Source of the DNA: a virus
Lineage: Duplodnaviria > Caudoviricetes
DNA length: 64,000 bases
Strand: one strand, 5' to 3'
Virus record (IMG/VR): IMGVR_UViG_3300028410_000746
This document shows positions 35,154 to 44,800 of the stretch, in pieces. Numbering within the stretch: position 1 is the first letter of the stretch; each line of letters starts with the position of its first letter. The translations under genes were made by a program, and so were the position numbers. The notes beneath the pieces were generated by a model. The model did not search any database. It worked only from the letters and a program-made list of their open reading frames with translations, and was not told the origin of the DNA.

Positions 35154-37307
35154 GTGACCAGACGCTATGGAACCCCCCTCCCTCTCGGCCAGAAGCCCCT
35201 CAAGACCAAGATGGTGGGAGGCAAGGGCGCGTTGCGCTTCTCGTTGCGCATCGGTGAGATCACGCGGGTAGACTACGAGAGCATGGTCTGTGACATCTCC
35301 TGGATACAGGGTCGGTATCCGCCCTCTCTTGATGTCCCCTTGACCTCGGCCTACTGGTCGGCGCGTAGCTTCCTTGGAGTGATGCCAGAAGAGGGCGCGC
35401 TCGCTGTATGCGGCTTCAGCGCCGTGCACGAGAGTCAGGGCACCCGTCCCTATGTCCTGGCGTACATCCCCAATGGATACCGAACCGCCCTCGGGTTCCA
35501 ACCGTTCGGGGTCGCCCCTCGTAATGCTCCCGAACTCAACGCCCCTCTTGACGACATCCAACGTCAGCTCCAGGGTCAGTATGGCCCTACTCGCTACAAG
35601 ATGCGCAAGCTCTACGGTGGTGACGCCTACATGGCCTCCACGCATGGCGCCGAGCTTCTGGTGAACCGGGACGTCCGGCTCCTGGATGCTTCAGGTGGAG
35701 AGCTGTGGCTGCGAGGGGAAGACAGCTCACTGACCACGACCTCCCTGGACCATTACTCGACCACGGCAGCCGGCCGGTCCAGGACGGGTCGCATCTCTCG
35801 CGGAGCCCTGACTCTTCCTGCCGACGTCGAGAGTCGCCTCACGCCAGGGACCGAGCTGTTCGAGTACCTCCTGTCAGCCGGACTCGTCTTTGAGGACGGC
35901 GCGCTGGCCCCCGACATCAACCGCCTCCCTTATCTGGTGCTGGAGTCCGGGGAGCGTCTGACTCTGATCACGGACAACGGGGTCGACCCTTCCCTCCCAT
36001 CCTCGCGCGCCTTCACGGAGTCTCGTCACGAGATTCAGGAGTTCGATGCGGGCATCCTGGGACATCCCGATCACTACGGGTTTGACTCGGACCTCCTCGC
36101 CCCTTCGCCCAACTACGCCCCCTTCATTGAGCGGGTCCACGGCACCGTCGTGGGCAACGACCCCTACACCCTGCGAGGAAGGGCCCAATATGGCAGCCTC
36201 CTGCGTCCCTCGGTGTTCTCCAGCCCCTCAGCCACGACAGGCTCTCCAGGCCTGGAGGCGGTCGCCAACGACGCCGAGGAGACTCAGAAGTCCATGGTCG
36301 CTGCCAGCCTCTACCGTATGCGACGCCCTGATGGTCTCGGAGAGCTGTTCTTTGCTCATGACAAGGAAGGCCATGTCTACCTCTCTATCCCCGGCTCGAC
36401 CTCAAAGCCGGCCAGCCTTGGGGGCAACCGCAGCGTCGAAGCCGACATCAAGGGGTCCATCAAGGCCGTGCTCGGAGCCAACACGAACGATACGCAGTCC
36501 CTCGACCTCTTCGCGCGTGGTGGGTTCCTGTGGTCCCTGGGGACCCTCGCGTCGTCGCGACGCTCTCTTGATCTGACAGCTCGGGGAGGCATCAACATCA
36601 AGGTCGAGCGGCCCGACGTCAACGGGTACGCGATGCAATCTACCCTCAACGGAGACGTAGGGCTCTCCGCGCGCGGTTCGATGGGCGTGGCCCTGACGGG
36701 AGATCTTCTCGAAGACATCCAGGGGTTGCGCGAGACCAACGCGGAAGCGGTGAGCGTGAACGTTGGCGTGGGAGGCAAGACGGAGACGATTCAAGGTGAT
36801 CGCCAGTCGGTCGTCACAGGCAACGAGCAGCTCAAGATTGGACAGGGGCGTGACGTCACGATCACGGGACCCTCTCCTCAGAGTCCCTACGCAGACCGTC
36901 TGGAGATCCTCGCCGGGAGCCGGCTTGAGACCTTCGCAGGACCGGCCACCGACACGATCCAGTACCAGTCCGCCGCCACGAGGTCTATCGAAGCCACGGG
37001 GGCCCTCAACGCCACATGGTCCTCGGCCGGCGTGGGCACATACAGCTTCTCCTCCGCGTCAGGCTCGTTCGCCGTCAACGTCGGCACAGGTGCGATCTCG
37101 TTGAACGCGGGCGGCGCGGTCTCGATCAACTCGGGAGCTGCGATCACGATGGCGGCCTCCAACATCAACCTCACCGGCTCGGTTGGCCTGGGTACAGGTG
37201 CGGCGGCGGTCAACGCGGTCGTGGGCGGCGTCCCCGGTCCAAGCCCCTCCATCGACCCCTTGACGGGTATCCCCGCCACAGGTAACCCTCTCGTGCGTAC
37301 GGCTTGA
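35154..37307 (+). CDS. Baseplate central spike protein (gp5/gpV-like)
   Basis: N-terminal OB-fold-like LRIGEITRVDYESMVCDISW...GVMPEEGALAVCGF. C-terminal beta-helix-like repeats (ETIQGDRQSVVTGNEQLKIGQGRDVTITG; SLNAGGAVSINSGAAITMAASNINL). GTG at 35154 has a GGAG RBS; ATG at 35211 is an alternative start. Confidence 0.7.
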   Translation: MTRRYGTPLPLGQKPLKTKMVGGKGALRFSLRIGEITRVDYESMVCDISWIQGRYPPSLDVPLTSAYWSARSFLGVMPEEGALAVCGFSAVHESQGTRPYVLAYIPNGYRTALGFQPFGVAPRNAPELNAPLDDIQRQLQGQYGPTRYKMRKLYGGDAYMASTHGAELLVNRDVRLLDASGGELWLRGEDSSLTTTSLDHYSTTAAGRSRTGRISRGALTLPADVESRLTPGTELFEYLLSAGLVFEDGALAPDINRLPYLVLESGERLTLITDNGVDPSLPSSRAFTESRHEIQEFDAGILGHPDHYGFDSDLLAPSPNYAPFIERVHGTVVGNDPYTLRGRAQYGSLLRPSVFSSPSATTGSPGLEAVANDAEETQKSMVAASLYRMRRPDGLGELFFAHDKEGHVYLSIPGSTSKPASLGGNRSVEADIKGSIKAVLGANTNDTQSLDLFARGGFLWSLGTLASSRRSLDLTARGGINIKVERPDVNGYAMQSTLNGDVGLSARGSMGVALTGDLLEDIQGLRETNAEAVSVNVGVGGKTETIQGDRQSVVTGNEQLKIGQGRDVTITGPSPQSPYADRLEILAGSRLETFAGPATDTIQYQSAATRSIEATGALNATWSSAGVGTYSFSSASGSFAVNVGTGAISLNAGGAVSINSGAAITMAASNINLTGSVGLGTGAAAVNAVVGGVPGPSPSIDPLTGIPATGNPLVRTA

Positions 37308-37340
37308 CTCTAATCCACCTCTTGGGATACACTCTCGGCT

Positions 37341-37619
37341 ATGAACACATCCGAAGTCGAAAAGTTCTGCGAGGACACCAAGGCCTCTGGCTTCTATGTC
37401 CACCGACCACACCCGACGATGATCATCGCCGCGCGGAAACAGAAGCTCTTATTTGGGGTGCCCATCCTCTATGGCGCTCGCTTCGCCGTGGTGGTCAACC
37501 CGGAAGGCGGATGGCTCATGGAGCATGTCCTCGGTCACCCGAGTGGTGACTTCATGTCTCGGGAGATGGATACCCTGGAGGAAGTTCTCGCGGTCGCGCG
37601 TCAGCTCCAGTCCGACTGA
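37341..37619 (+). CDS. Hypothetical protein
   Basis: 92-aa ORF filling the gap after the spike gene. Confidence 0.55.
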   Translation: MNTSEVEKFCEDTKASGFYVHRPHPTMIIAARKQKLLFGVPILYGARFAVVVNPEGGWLMEHVLGHPSGDFMSREMDTLEEVLAVARQLQSD

Positions 37620-37629
37620 ACAATATTCT

Positions 37630-37658
37630 TTTACGGTACGGTCTTCTTGTGGTATAGA
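37630..37658 (+). promoter_or_regulatory. Sigma70-like promoter TTTACG-N17-TATAGA
   Basis: Spacer ends TGTGG as in other copies; 30 nt upstream of the sspB-like ATG. Confidence 0.7.
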
Positions 37659-37687
37659 GGTCGTACACACCAATATGGAGGTACTCG

Positions 37688-38116
37688 ATGAGTAATGAGA
37701 AGAAAGACAACGTGGTGAAGGTGCAGTTCGGAAAGATCGCGTCGCGAGACGACGGCTTCTTCAAGGACCTCATGTCCTTGGAGGCACCCGAGCAGGATTA
37801 CGACAAGCCGAGCAAGCAGCGGGTCTGCGAGGATTTCCTCGCGAGCGGCATCGTGCATGTGGCGCTGATCATGAGCGCGCCGGGGGTCGTGGTCCCGGAG
37901 CACCTGGGAAATACGGGCATCGGCGTCCTGACCTTCTCGTACGCTTACGGGCTGGTCGACTTCGAGGTGGACGGCGAGGGCTTGAGAGCCTCGCTGTTGT
38001 TCTCGGGTCGCAAGGTCTTCTGTGACATCCCCTGGAGCGCCGTGGTGAACCTGAGCAGCAAGGATCAAAGGCTCTCCGTGAACTTCGTCGAGGAGTTTCC
38101 GAATGTCCTCAACTGA
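37688..38116 (+). CDS. sspB: ClpXP adaptor SspB-like protein
   Basis: LASGIVHV...APGVVVPEHL...LTFSYAYG..DFEVD.EGLRASLLFSG....CDIPWSAV matches the SspB fold signature. GGAGG RBS. Confidence 0.75.
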   Translation: MSNEKKDNVVKVQFGKIASRDDGFFKDLMSLEAPEQDYDKPSKQRVCEDFLASGIVHVALIMSAPGVVVPEHLGNTGIGVLTFSYAYGLVDFEVDGEGLRASLLFSGRKVFCDIPWSAVVNLSSKDQRLSVNFVEEFPNVLN

Positions 38117-38510
38117 AGCTGAACAGCTCGAAGCCATCTCCTCGGAGATGGCTTCTCTCATCGTTGCGGCGTGCTCCAAGCTCCACACGGAAGCGCACAC
38201 GCCTCATGGCGTCACCCTGCGGACTCAAGGGGAGCTGACAAGGGCTACCCTTCGCAAGGATGCCTGCAACGCTCCCCACCCCACACCCGCTCAGAAGCTG
38301 CTGCGGGCGGCGGAGCTGCTCTACTACCAGACTTGCCAGGAGATCCAGGAGGCCGAGAAACTCGTAGGAGAGACGCCAGAAGCGGTCGAGATGCTGGACG
38401 TTCGCTGGGCGCGTCTCTACCAGCTCATGCGAGAGGCGGACAAGGCTCGTGCGGTGGGGGCCGACGCGGTGGCGTTGGAAAACCGAGTCAACGACCTTGG
38501 CACATCTTGA
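38103..38510 (+). CDS. Hypothetical helical protein
   Basis: 135 aa, GAGGAG RBS, overlaps the end of the sspB-like gene. Confidence 0.6.
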   Translation: MSSTEAEQLEAISSEMASLIVAACSKLHTEAHTPHGVTLRTQGELTRATLRKDACNAPHPTPAQKLLRAAELLYYQTCQEIQEAEKLVGETPEAVEMLDVRWARLYQLMREADKARAVGADAVALENRVNDLGTS

Positions 38511-39033
38511 GCGTGTAGGAGGGCCTCTCGTCCTCCCCTGTCGCGCCCTCCTCCGCATAGTTCAGGTACCGGGTCAGGGGCCTGAAGTTCACAATCTCCG
38601 GCCTGTCGGGGTACGCGTTGAGGATGCAGTCGTCGAGGTGGCCGTTGTAGCGGTCGATTTGTGCAAGGTAGAAATGCCTCGCCTCGTCCTTGAAGTGCGG
38701 GAGGACCTCCTCGTAGCGCTCTAGCTGATCACTGTAGCTCGCCTTGGATTTGAGACCGGAGATGCCGTACATGAGGAGGTCTCGTATCTTGTGTGTATGG
38801 ATTCGGCGTCGCGGAGAGCGTCTCCCTTGAATCACCGCCTTGTACGCAAAGAAGAGGGCGTTGAGGCAGGCGTATTCATTATGCGCCTCCCGAGCTTCCA
38901 GGAGGCGTGCAGTGGCCTCCACATTGTGATCCAGGTCCTTGAGGGTCTTGACCCATGTGTATGTGGAGTGGATCTCTTCGATGTGGTGGGAGAAGAGGTA
39001 AGAGGGCGTGAACTTGAAGGCGTGTGTTGTCAT
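38488..39033 (-). CDS. Hypothetical protein
   Basis: ATG at 39033 overlaps the upstream stop (ATGA). Confidence 0.6.
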   Translation of the reverse strand: MTTHAFKFTPSYLFSHHIEEIHSTYTWVKTLKDLDHNVEATARLLEAREAHNEYACLNALFFAYKAVIQGRRSPRRRIHTHKIRDLLMYGISGLKSKASYSDQLERYEEVLPHFKDEARHFYLAQIDRYNGHLDDCILNAYPDRPEIVNFRPLTRYLNYAEEGATGEDERPSYTLKMCQGR

Positions 39034-39350
39034 TCTTCTTCGTCTCTGTTGTAGACTTCGTGGTACCACTCCTCAATGTCGAGGCTGAGCTTGGTCTGTC
39101 GGTAATACTCGAATTTACCTCGGGTTTCGGTCTCAAGCCATCCGCACATGCCGAGCAGGTCGCAGATATTTGTCAGCTCCTTGGAGAGCTTTGACACGGG
39201 GCCTAACTCCTCAAAGGTAATCTGCGTCAGGATGTGCCCGTAGACCAAGTACATGTGCATCTCGGTATTACGGAGGCGGCGCAGGATATACAGGGGGGTC
39301 CAGGTTATAGCAGCTATGCAGCACATCCCTGGAGTCCAGGTATGCCTCAT
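39030..39350 (-). CDS. Hypothetical protein
   Basis: ATG at 39350 (MRHTWTPG...); the start is uncertain. Confidence 0.5.
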   Translation of the reverse strand: MRHTWTPGMCCIAAITWTPLYILRRLRNTEMHMYLVYGHILTQITFEELGPVSKLSKELTNICDLLGMCGWLETETRGKFEYYRQTKLSLDIEEWYHEVYNRDEEE

Positions 39351-39353
39351 GCT

Positions 39354-39382
39354 CGCTGATACGCGCTGATACGCGCTGATAC
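39354..39382. repeat. 10-bp tandem repeat CGCTGATACG, about 2.9 copies
   Basis: Seen directly, between divergent genes. Confidence 0.8.
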
Positions 39383-39483
39383 TCTCTCTAGCTTCTTTTG
39401 GTTCATGCTGCACCTCCAAGGTGTTTATACCTTATAGCCTCTTATTCGGTCAAGCCGCGATTCCTTCTATCAGCCGGGTGACT

Positions 39484-40071
39484 ATGCCTGTGACACCACT
39501 ACAGCTCGTACCTGCGTTGACCTCTTCCCTGGCGAGCGTGGGGATTCAAGGGGTACGCGCGCCCGCGCTCGCGCAAGCTCTCTCCCAAGGTGTGATCGCC
39601 TCTCTGGCCGTCGCGCGGGTCGTGACGGCAGCAACAGGAGTCTCGGGAGTGGGCACCGGCAACGGCCGCATCTTGCTTGACCCCGTGTCGGGTATTGCCA
39701 CCCTCGCAGCGACTCTCTCTGCCCGTGGACTCAATGGATACTTGACACCGGGATTGGCTCAAGGCATCATCACAGGTATTGCGCTCACGCTCAATACGCA
39801 GGCAACCGTGGCGACTGTAACGCCTGGAGTCGCCACGGGAGTGGGTGTGGGCAGTTTGCAAGGTCTCAACCCGGCTACAATGGCTCCGCTATTTTTGGCC
39901 GGGTTGGCCAGCACAGGAATCATTGGACCCCAAGCCTCCGCCCTTGCGTCTGCCCTGGGTGAAGGCCTGTCGGTTTGGATGTCAACGGGCGTCGTCACTA
40001 CCGTCATCACCGGGGTACCCAGCGTACCTCCTATCGCCCTCGTCCTCGCCGGGACGGGTCAAATCTTCTGA
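39484..40071 (+). CDS. Hydrophobic Ala/Gly-rich probable virion (baseplate) protein with three internal repeats
   Basis: Three segments of the form xxP...L...LxxxGxxG...xxLAxxlxxG. Confidence 0.55.
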   Translation: MPVTPLQLVPALTSSLASVGIQGVRAPALAQALSQGVIASLAVARVVTAATGVSGVGTGNGRILLDPVSGIATLAATLSARGLNGYLTPGLAQGIITGIALTLNTQATVATVTPGVATGVGVGSLQGLNPATMAPLFLAGLASTGIIGPQASALASALGEGLSVWMSTGVVTTVITGVPSVPPIALVLAGTGQIF

Positions 40072-40079
40072 GGTACCAC

Positions 40080-40616
40080 ATGAGCGATTACACACTACCC
40101 CCTACCCATGACTTGAGGTACCCCTTCTTGCGTGAGGATAGTGGTGGGGACTACGCCAAGTACAACAACATCCCCTACATCTGGCCGTTTGGCGGGTATG
40201 AGCACTCGTACCCCTACGACACGATGCCCATGCCCCCCTCTACGGCCCCCCCGTTTACGCTCCCTCCCCAGAACATGGCGCCCCCGATCGTGTCCACCTC
40301 TCTCGTGGCGCATACGCTCTACGACCTCCGCATCGTGTGGCATGATGCGGAGAGCGCGTACCTGCAATGCGAGTACGCGATGGCCATGCTTGGCGGTGAC
40401 GATGTGCGACGCGTTCTGCTCGTGCCCATAGCCGAGGTAGGGCTTGTTGATGGGTCGCTAGCCGACCTTACCTTCAGGGCTCAAGACCGTACGTACTGGT
40501 TCACGCGTCCCGAGGAGTCCTACCGATATCAGTATGAGATGGACCGTGAGGGTGGAGAGCCGATCAACCTCGCGTTGTTGCTGTACTCGCTCCGAGACGC
40601 GTGGGCACAGCAGTGA
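40080..40616 (+). CDS. Hypothetical protein
   Basis: GAGG RBS before ATG at 40080. Confidence 0.6.
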   Translation: MSDYTLPPTHDLRYPFLREDSGGDYAKYNNIPYIWPFGGYEHSYPYDTMPMPPSTAPPFTLPPQNMAPPIVSTSLVAHTLYDLRIVWHDAESAYLQCEYAMAMLGGDDVRRVLLVPIAEVGLVDGSLADLTFRAQDRTYWFTRPEESYRYQYEMDREGGEPINLALLLYSLRDAWAQQ

Positions 40617-41104
40617 CCGACATGACGCTCGAAGAATTCTTCGCACTCGAAGAGCACGAGGAGTCCTTGAGACCTCCCCTTCGGCTTGGCATCGTGGGCT
40701 CACGAGACTGGCCCGAAGAGCGCAAGGAGTTCTTCGTGCGCGAGGTCCTGGCGATGCTCAAGCTCCACCCGAGCATCAACACGATCGTCTCGGGAGGGCA
40801 GGCCAAGGGCGTGGACGGCTGGGCAATGCGCATCGCGCGCCACTTTGGCATGAAGCCGGTTGAGCATCTCCCCGCACACTACCTCCCCAAAAACGACCCT
40901 CGGTATCTCCCTTATTCTCCTGGCCACTACCACGCGCGCAACGAGAAGATCGCACAGGACAGCGACCTCATCCTCGCGTTCCGACACAAGATGTCAGGAG
41001 GCACATCCTCGACGATTCGATACGCTCAGAAGCTCTTGCCTCCTGAGCGTGTGATCATCCATGACTGGCCCCTTCGGGCCGCCACAACGGAGCCTATCAA
41101 ATGA
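40613..41104 (+). CDS. SLOG-superfamily (YspA/DprA-like Rossmann fold) protein
   Basis: IVGSRDW, IVSGGQAKGVDGWA, YHARNEKIAQDSDLILAF and SGGTSSTIRYA. Start is GTG 40613 or ATG 40622. Confidence 0.8.
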   Translation: MTDMTLEEFFALEEHEESLRPPLRLGIVGSRDWPEERKEFFVREVLAMLKLHPSINTIVSGGQAKGVDGWAMRIARHFGMKPVEHLPAHYLPKNDPRYLPYSPGHYHARNEKIAQDSDLILAFRHKMSGGTSSTIRYAQKLLPPERVIIHDWPLRAATTEPIK

Positions 41105-41421
41105 GCCTCAAGAACATCACCACCGAGACTCACGACCAGCACGTCTTCTCGGACGACCTCAAGCGCGTTGTCGTCCTGGACTTCTACGCCGACTGGTGCG
41201 GCCCCTGTAAGGGGATCATGCCTCAGGTCGAGAAGATGGCACAGGACCGCAACGCCTCCTTCTTCAAGGTCGACACGGACAAGGAGAACGAGTTGGCCTC
41301 GGAGTACGGCATCAAGAGCCTCCCCACGTTCATCGTGATCCAGGGTGGGGAGGTGGTCGAGTATTGCATCGGCGCCAACCTCGACAAGCTCAACGAGGTC
41401 CTTGACGGCCTGGGTGCTTGA
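41101..41421 (+). CDS. trxA: Thioredoxin
   Basis: 106 aa with VVLDFYADWCGPCK and FKVDTD...ASEYGIKSLPTF. Confidence 0.95.
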   Translation: MSLKNITTETHDQHVFSDDLKRVVVLDFYADWCGPCKGIMPQVEKMAQDRNASFFKVDTDKENELASEYGIKSLPTFIVIQGGEVVEYCIGANLDKLNEVLDGLGA

Positions 41422-41422
41422 C

Positions 41423-41884
41423 ATGTGGGTTCCCCTGTCCTTTGGCTTCGTGTTGGGTGCGGTGTTTGCCCTGCTCTGCGTTTGGTCTCGCTATGGCGAA
41501 CAGCTCCAGGCTGCAACGGCTACCCTGTTGGATAGTAGACAGAGGCGACAGTTACTGTTGGAGTGGGGGCAACTTGAAGTAGGTGACCGGTTCAAGTCCA
41601 AAGCGACGTGGCACGAGATCGACCAGATTAAGGTCCGTGAGCGTACCCAGCGTTACGCTGCGCCTCAAGACGATGAGGTCTTCGTCTTGACCACCCAGGG
41701 GGAGATGATGCAGCATACCCTCGACAAAGTGTTTGTGGTACAGAGGATTGTGGACCAGCCCATTCAAGGGGCGCTGTCCCATCCTGAGACGCCTCTGGCG
41801 CTCTCGCATGAGGACCTCTTTGATAGTGACGCGGAACGTGAGGACCTCACCTCACGCGAGGCGGAGCATGACATCTGGAAATAG
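41423..41884 (+). CDS. Hypothetical protein with an N-terminal TM helix
   Basis: Starts MWVPLSFGFVLGAVFALLCVW. Confidence 0.6.
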   Translation: MWVPLSFGFVLGAVFALLCVWSRYGEQLQAATATLLDSRQRRQLLLEWGQLEVGDRFKSKATWHEIDQIKVRERTQRYAAPQDDEVFVLTTQGEMMQHTLDKVFVVQRIVDQPIQGALSHPETPLALSHEDLFDSDAEREDLTSREAEHDIWK

Positions 41885-41886
41885 AC

Positions 41887-44800
41887 ATGACAGGCGACTT
41901 CAACGGCTGGGTGCTTCGTAAGCCACGGGTAGCAGCTTCCAACGCCAACACCACCGCTGAACCTGATGTCGTCGTGCGCGAGCAGGATGAGGCCGCGTAT
42001 CGCGCCTCCTACCTCGACAACGTGAGCGCTACGGGGTCGGAGTACCTCGTCCGTACTGCACAGACCGGTGACCTCGTGGTCCCCTCGTCGATCACCGAGA
42101 TTGCGAGCCCCTTTGATGGCTCCTTGCCGACCGCGCTCGTCTTCACGTTCAACACGCAGGGTCGCGCCGTCGCTGCGCCCGTGCTCCCCGCAGATGTGAC
42201 GCCCCTTCCGGACAGCGTGGACACGTCTGCCGGCCTGATCACCTATCTGGTCGCCCCTGGTGTGGCACCCACCGTCACCTTTGTACCTGCACCCCTGTCT
42301 GTCGAGTACACCCGCAACGACTCGGGGCGTACGCGCTTTGGATACGATGCGCGCGTGTCCCGTTGGGAGACCCTCCCCGGAGGCTCACCCGAGTCCCTCG
42401 GTCTGGTGCCTGAAACCGGCCTCCTCACGCTCCCTCTCGTTGAAGCTGATGCAGCGGGCGCGCCGGCCCCTCCTCGCGTCCTGCTTGGCAATCCGGACCG
42501 TCTGTTGGGGACCCTCGTGGACGTCACACAGCTCCTGGGTGAAGACGCGTTCGCGGATTACCGTGATGGCATCCTTGACCCTGCGTCTGGAGAAGGGGCG
42601 CTGAACGTGGAGACGGGGGAGCTTCGACTCGCCCCGTCCTTGACGGTAGGATTCGAGGCTCAGGAGGCCTTCTTTACCCGGCGCAACTTCTTCGCCTTTG
42701 ATGCGTCAACGGGACGCGTCGGGATCATCGGAGAGGACCTCCTCTTGAACCCGTTGCCCCTGGTCGGAGAGGAGCCCCTGCTTCGCGTAGGGTACGGCTC
42801 GTATCTAAACGCGTCCGTAGGGGCGGGCTCTCCGGTGGGCAGCGAGCAGGCACGTGTTGATCCGCTCACGGGTCGAGTCAACTTGAGCGCGGCTCTTGAG
42901 GCTCAATCAGAGGGCTTAGCTCTCTACTACGATGGGGTTCTTACGGGGACCGCGACGCCTCAGGCTCCTACAGTGCTCGGAGACCTCCTCTCCAACCAAT
43001 CGGGCCTCTCCAATGTGGACCTCCTGGAGTACGAGCCGGAGGCGCTGGTGCTCTATATCGAACAGACCGGGGAGGCGGTGCGCGAGCTGGAGTTCGTGGC
43101 CGACCCGTCGGACTTCACTGAGGCGCGCAACCTCCCTCCCACGAAGGCGCAGGTCGCCCGGTCAGATGGGTCCGTTCGCTTGAGCCAGCGTTTCGTTTCG
43201 GCCAACCTCTCGCGTGATCTTGTGGCGGGCTCCACGGACCTCACGCTCGAACGTGGGCTGACGTTTCGGATGGGCCGATCACCCCTTGACCCAACCAACG
43301 CAGCCGGGCTCCCGGACGGCCAAGGCGTCTTGCGCCTGGAAGATGAGCTGCTGGGCCCCGTTCGCAGTGGGCCTTCCGCGTTCCTGACTCAGGTGCCCCT
43401 GGTCGACGTCGCAGGTTATGCGGCAGACACCTTTTACCGTCTGGGGAGCGGGGCCCAACGGCGCGTACTCGTCCCGGATGAGGAGGTGATCTATGATTTT
43501 GATACCCGTCAGCTCCTGTGGGCCCAGCGTCGTACCACCTCACAGACGATCTCTCAGCGCACGTTCTCCGTACGCGTCCCGGATCAGGTCCTGCTCAACC
43601 GTAACTACAGCTTCGAGCTGAACCGGGGCAGCGGCTTTGAGGCCCTGGAGGATGGCGTCAACGCCTCCGTGGACTTCGACATTGGGGAGATCCGCTTCAC
43701 CCAGACGCAGGGTGAGGTTCTGATTGAAGACGTCGCGACCGTGGCGGGACAGGAGTTCACGTTCTTGACCGAGGACCTCTCCGGGGTCGTCATTTCGCTG
43801 GTGGACCTTGACCGGCCCCTGCTTCGTACAGGCCTGAACGCCTACACGATCACGGGCATCGCGGGTAGCGTGGTGACCGTGGAGGGGGACGTCCAGGAGA
43901 GCGGCTCCGTCGCTGTCGAGATCATCTCCGCGCCCGAGCCCGTGTACGCGTACGCGCTCGCGCAGGTGAACCTCAACCCGGACATCGTGGCGGCGTTCCT
44001 GGTCCGCGAGGTGGACAGCTCCGGGACCGTCTACGCTCCGGGGACCACAGGAGAGGTCTATGCGGTCTCGGGCGGAGTCCGTCGTGATGTCGTACGGCTC
44101 GCCTCAACCGTTCTCGGAGAGGCACAGGATGCCTTGACGCTTCCTGCGTTTGCACAGGGGGCCGAGGCTGTCTTTGAGATCTACCTTGGGAGTGATCTCC
44201 TGGTAGAGGTCGGCGGGACGCCCAACCAGGGTGAGTACCGCATCATGGGCGTGGACTTGGTGCTCTCCTCGGCGGACGTGCTGGCCAACCCCAAAGAGCT
44301 GGTTACGCTGGACCCGAGCCTGAGCACGGCGCGCGCGACCGGGGACGTGGAGCTGCTGGTCGCTACCCGCGAGCTGGGGTTCCCTCTTGACCTCGCAGTC
44401 GTAGACCTCTACGTACAGGTCGAGGCGCGTATCCAGGACCGCCTCCTCTACTTCTCCCAGCCTTTCGCTGCGGGAGATCGCCTGAGGGCGCGCTACCGTA
44501 CCGCTGATGAGGTTGAGGTGGAGGAAGAGGTAGGCTTTCGCGTCGTGGAGGATGCCGTGATCGTGAGCGCGACCGAGGCGACCTACGGGGCTGGACGCCT
44601 CCTCGACCCGAACCGCGCTCCTATCATACTCGTCAATGGAGCACGCACAGACCTCCCGGTAGATCCGGTGGCGGGCACCATCAACACCAGCTCGGTTCGT
44701 ACGGGGCGCACGATCAGCGTGAGCTACGCCGCACTCGATGCCAAGGGTGGGGAACAGACCGCGAGCCTTCTCCAGACGCCCGTGTCTCCTGATGTGGTGT

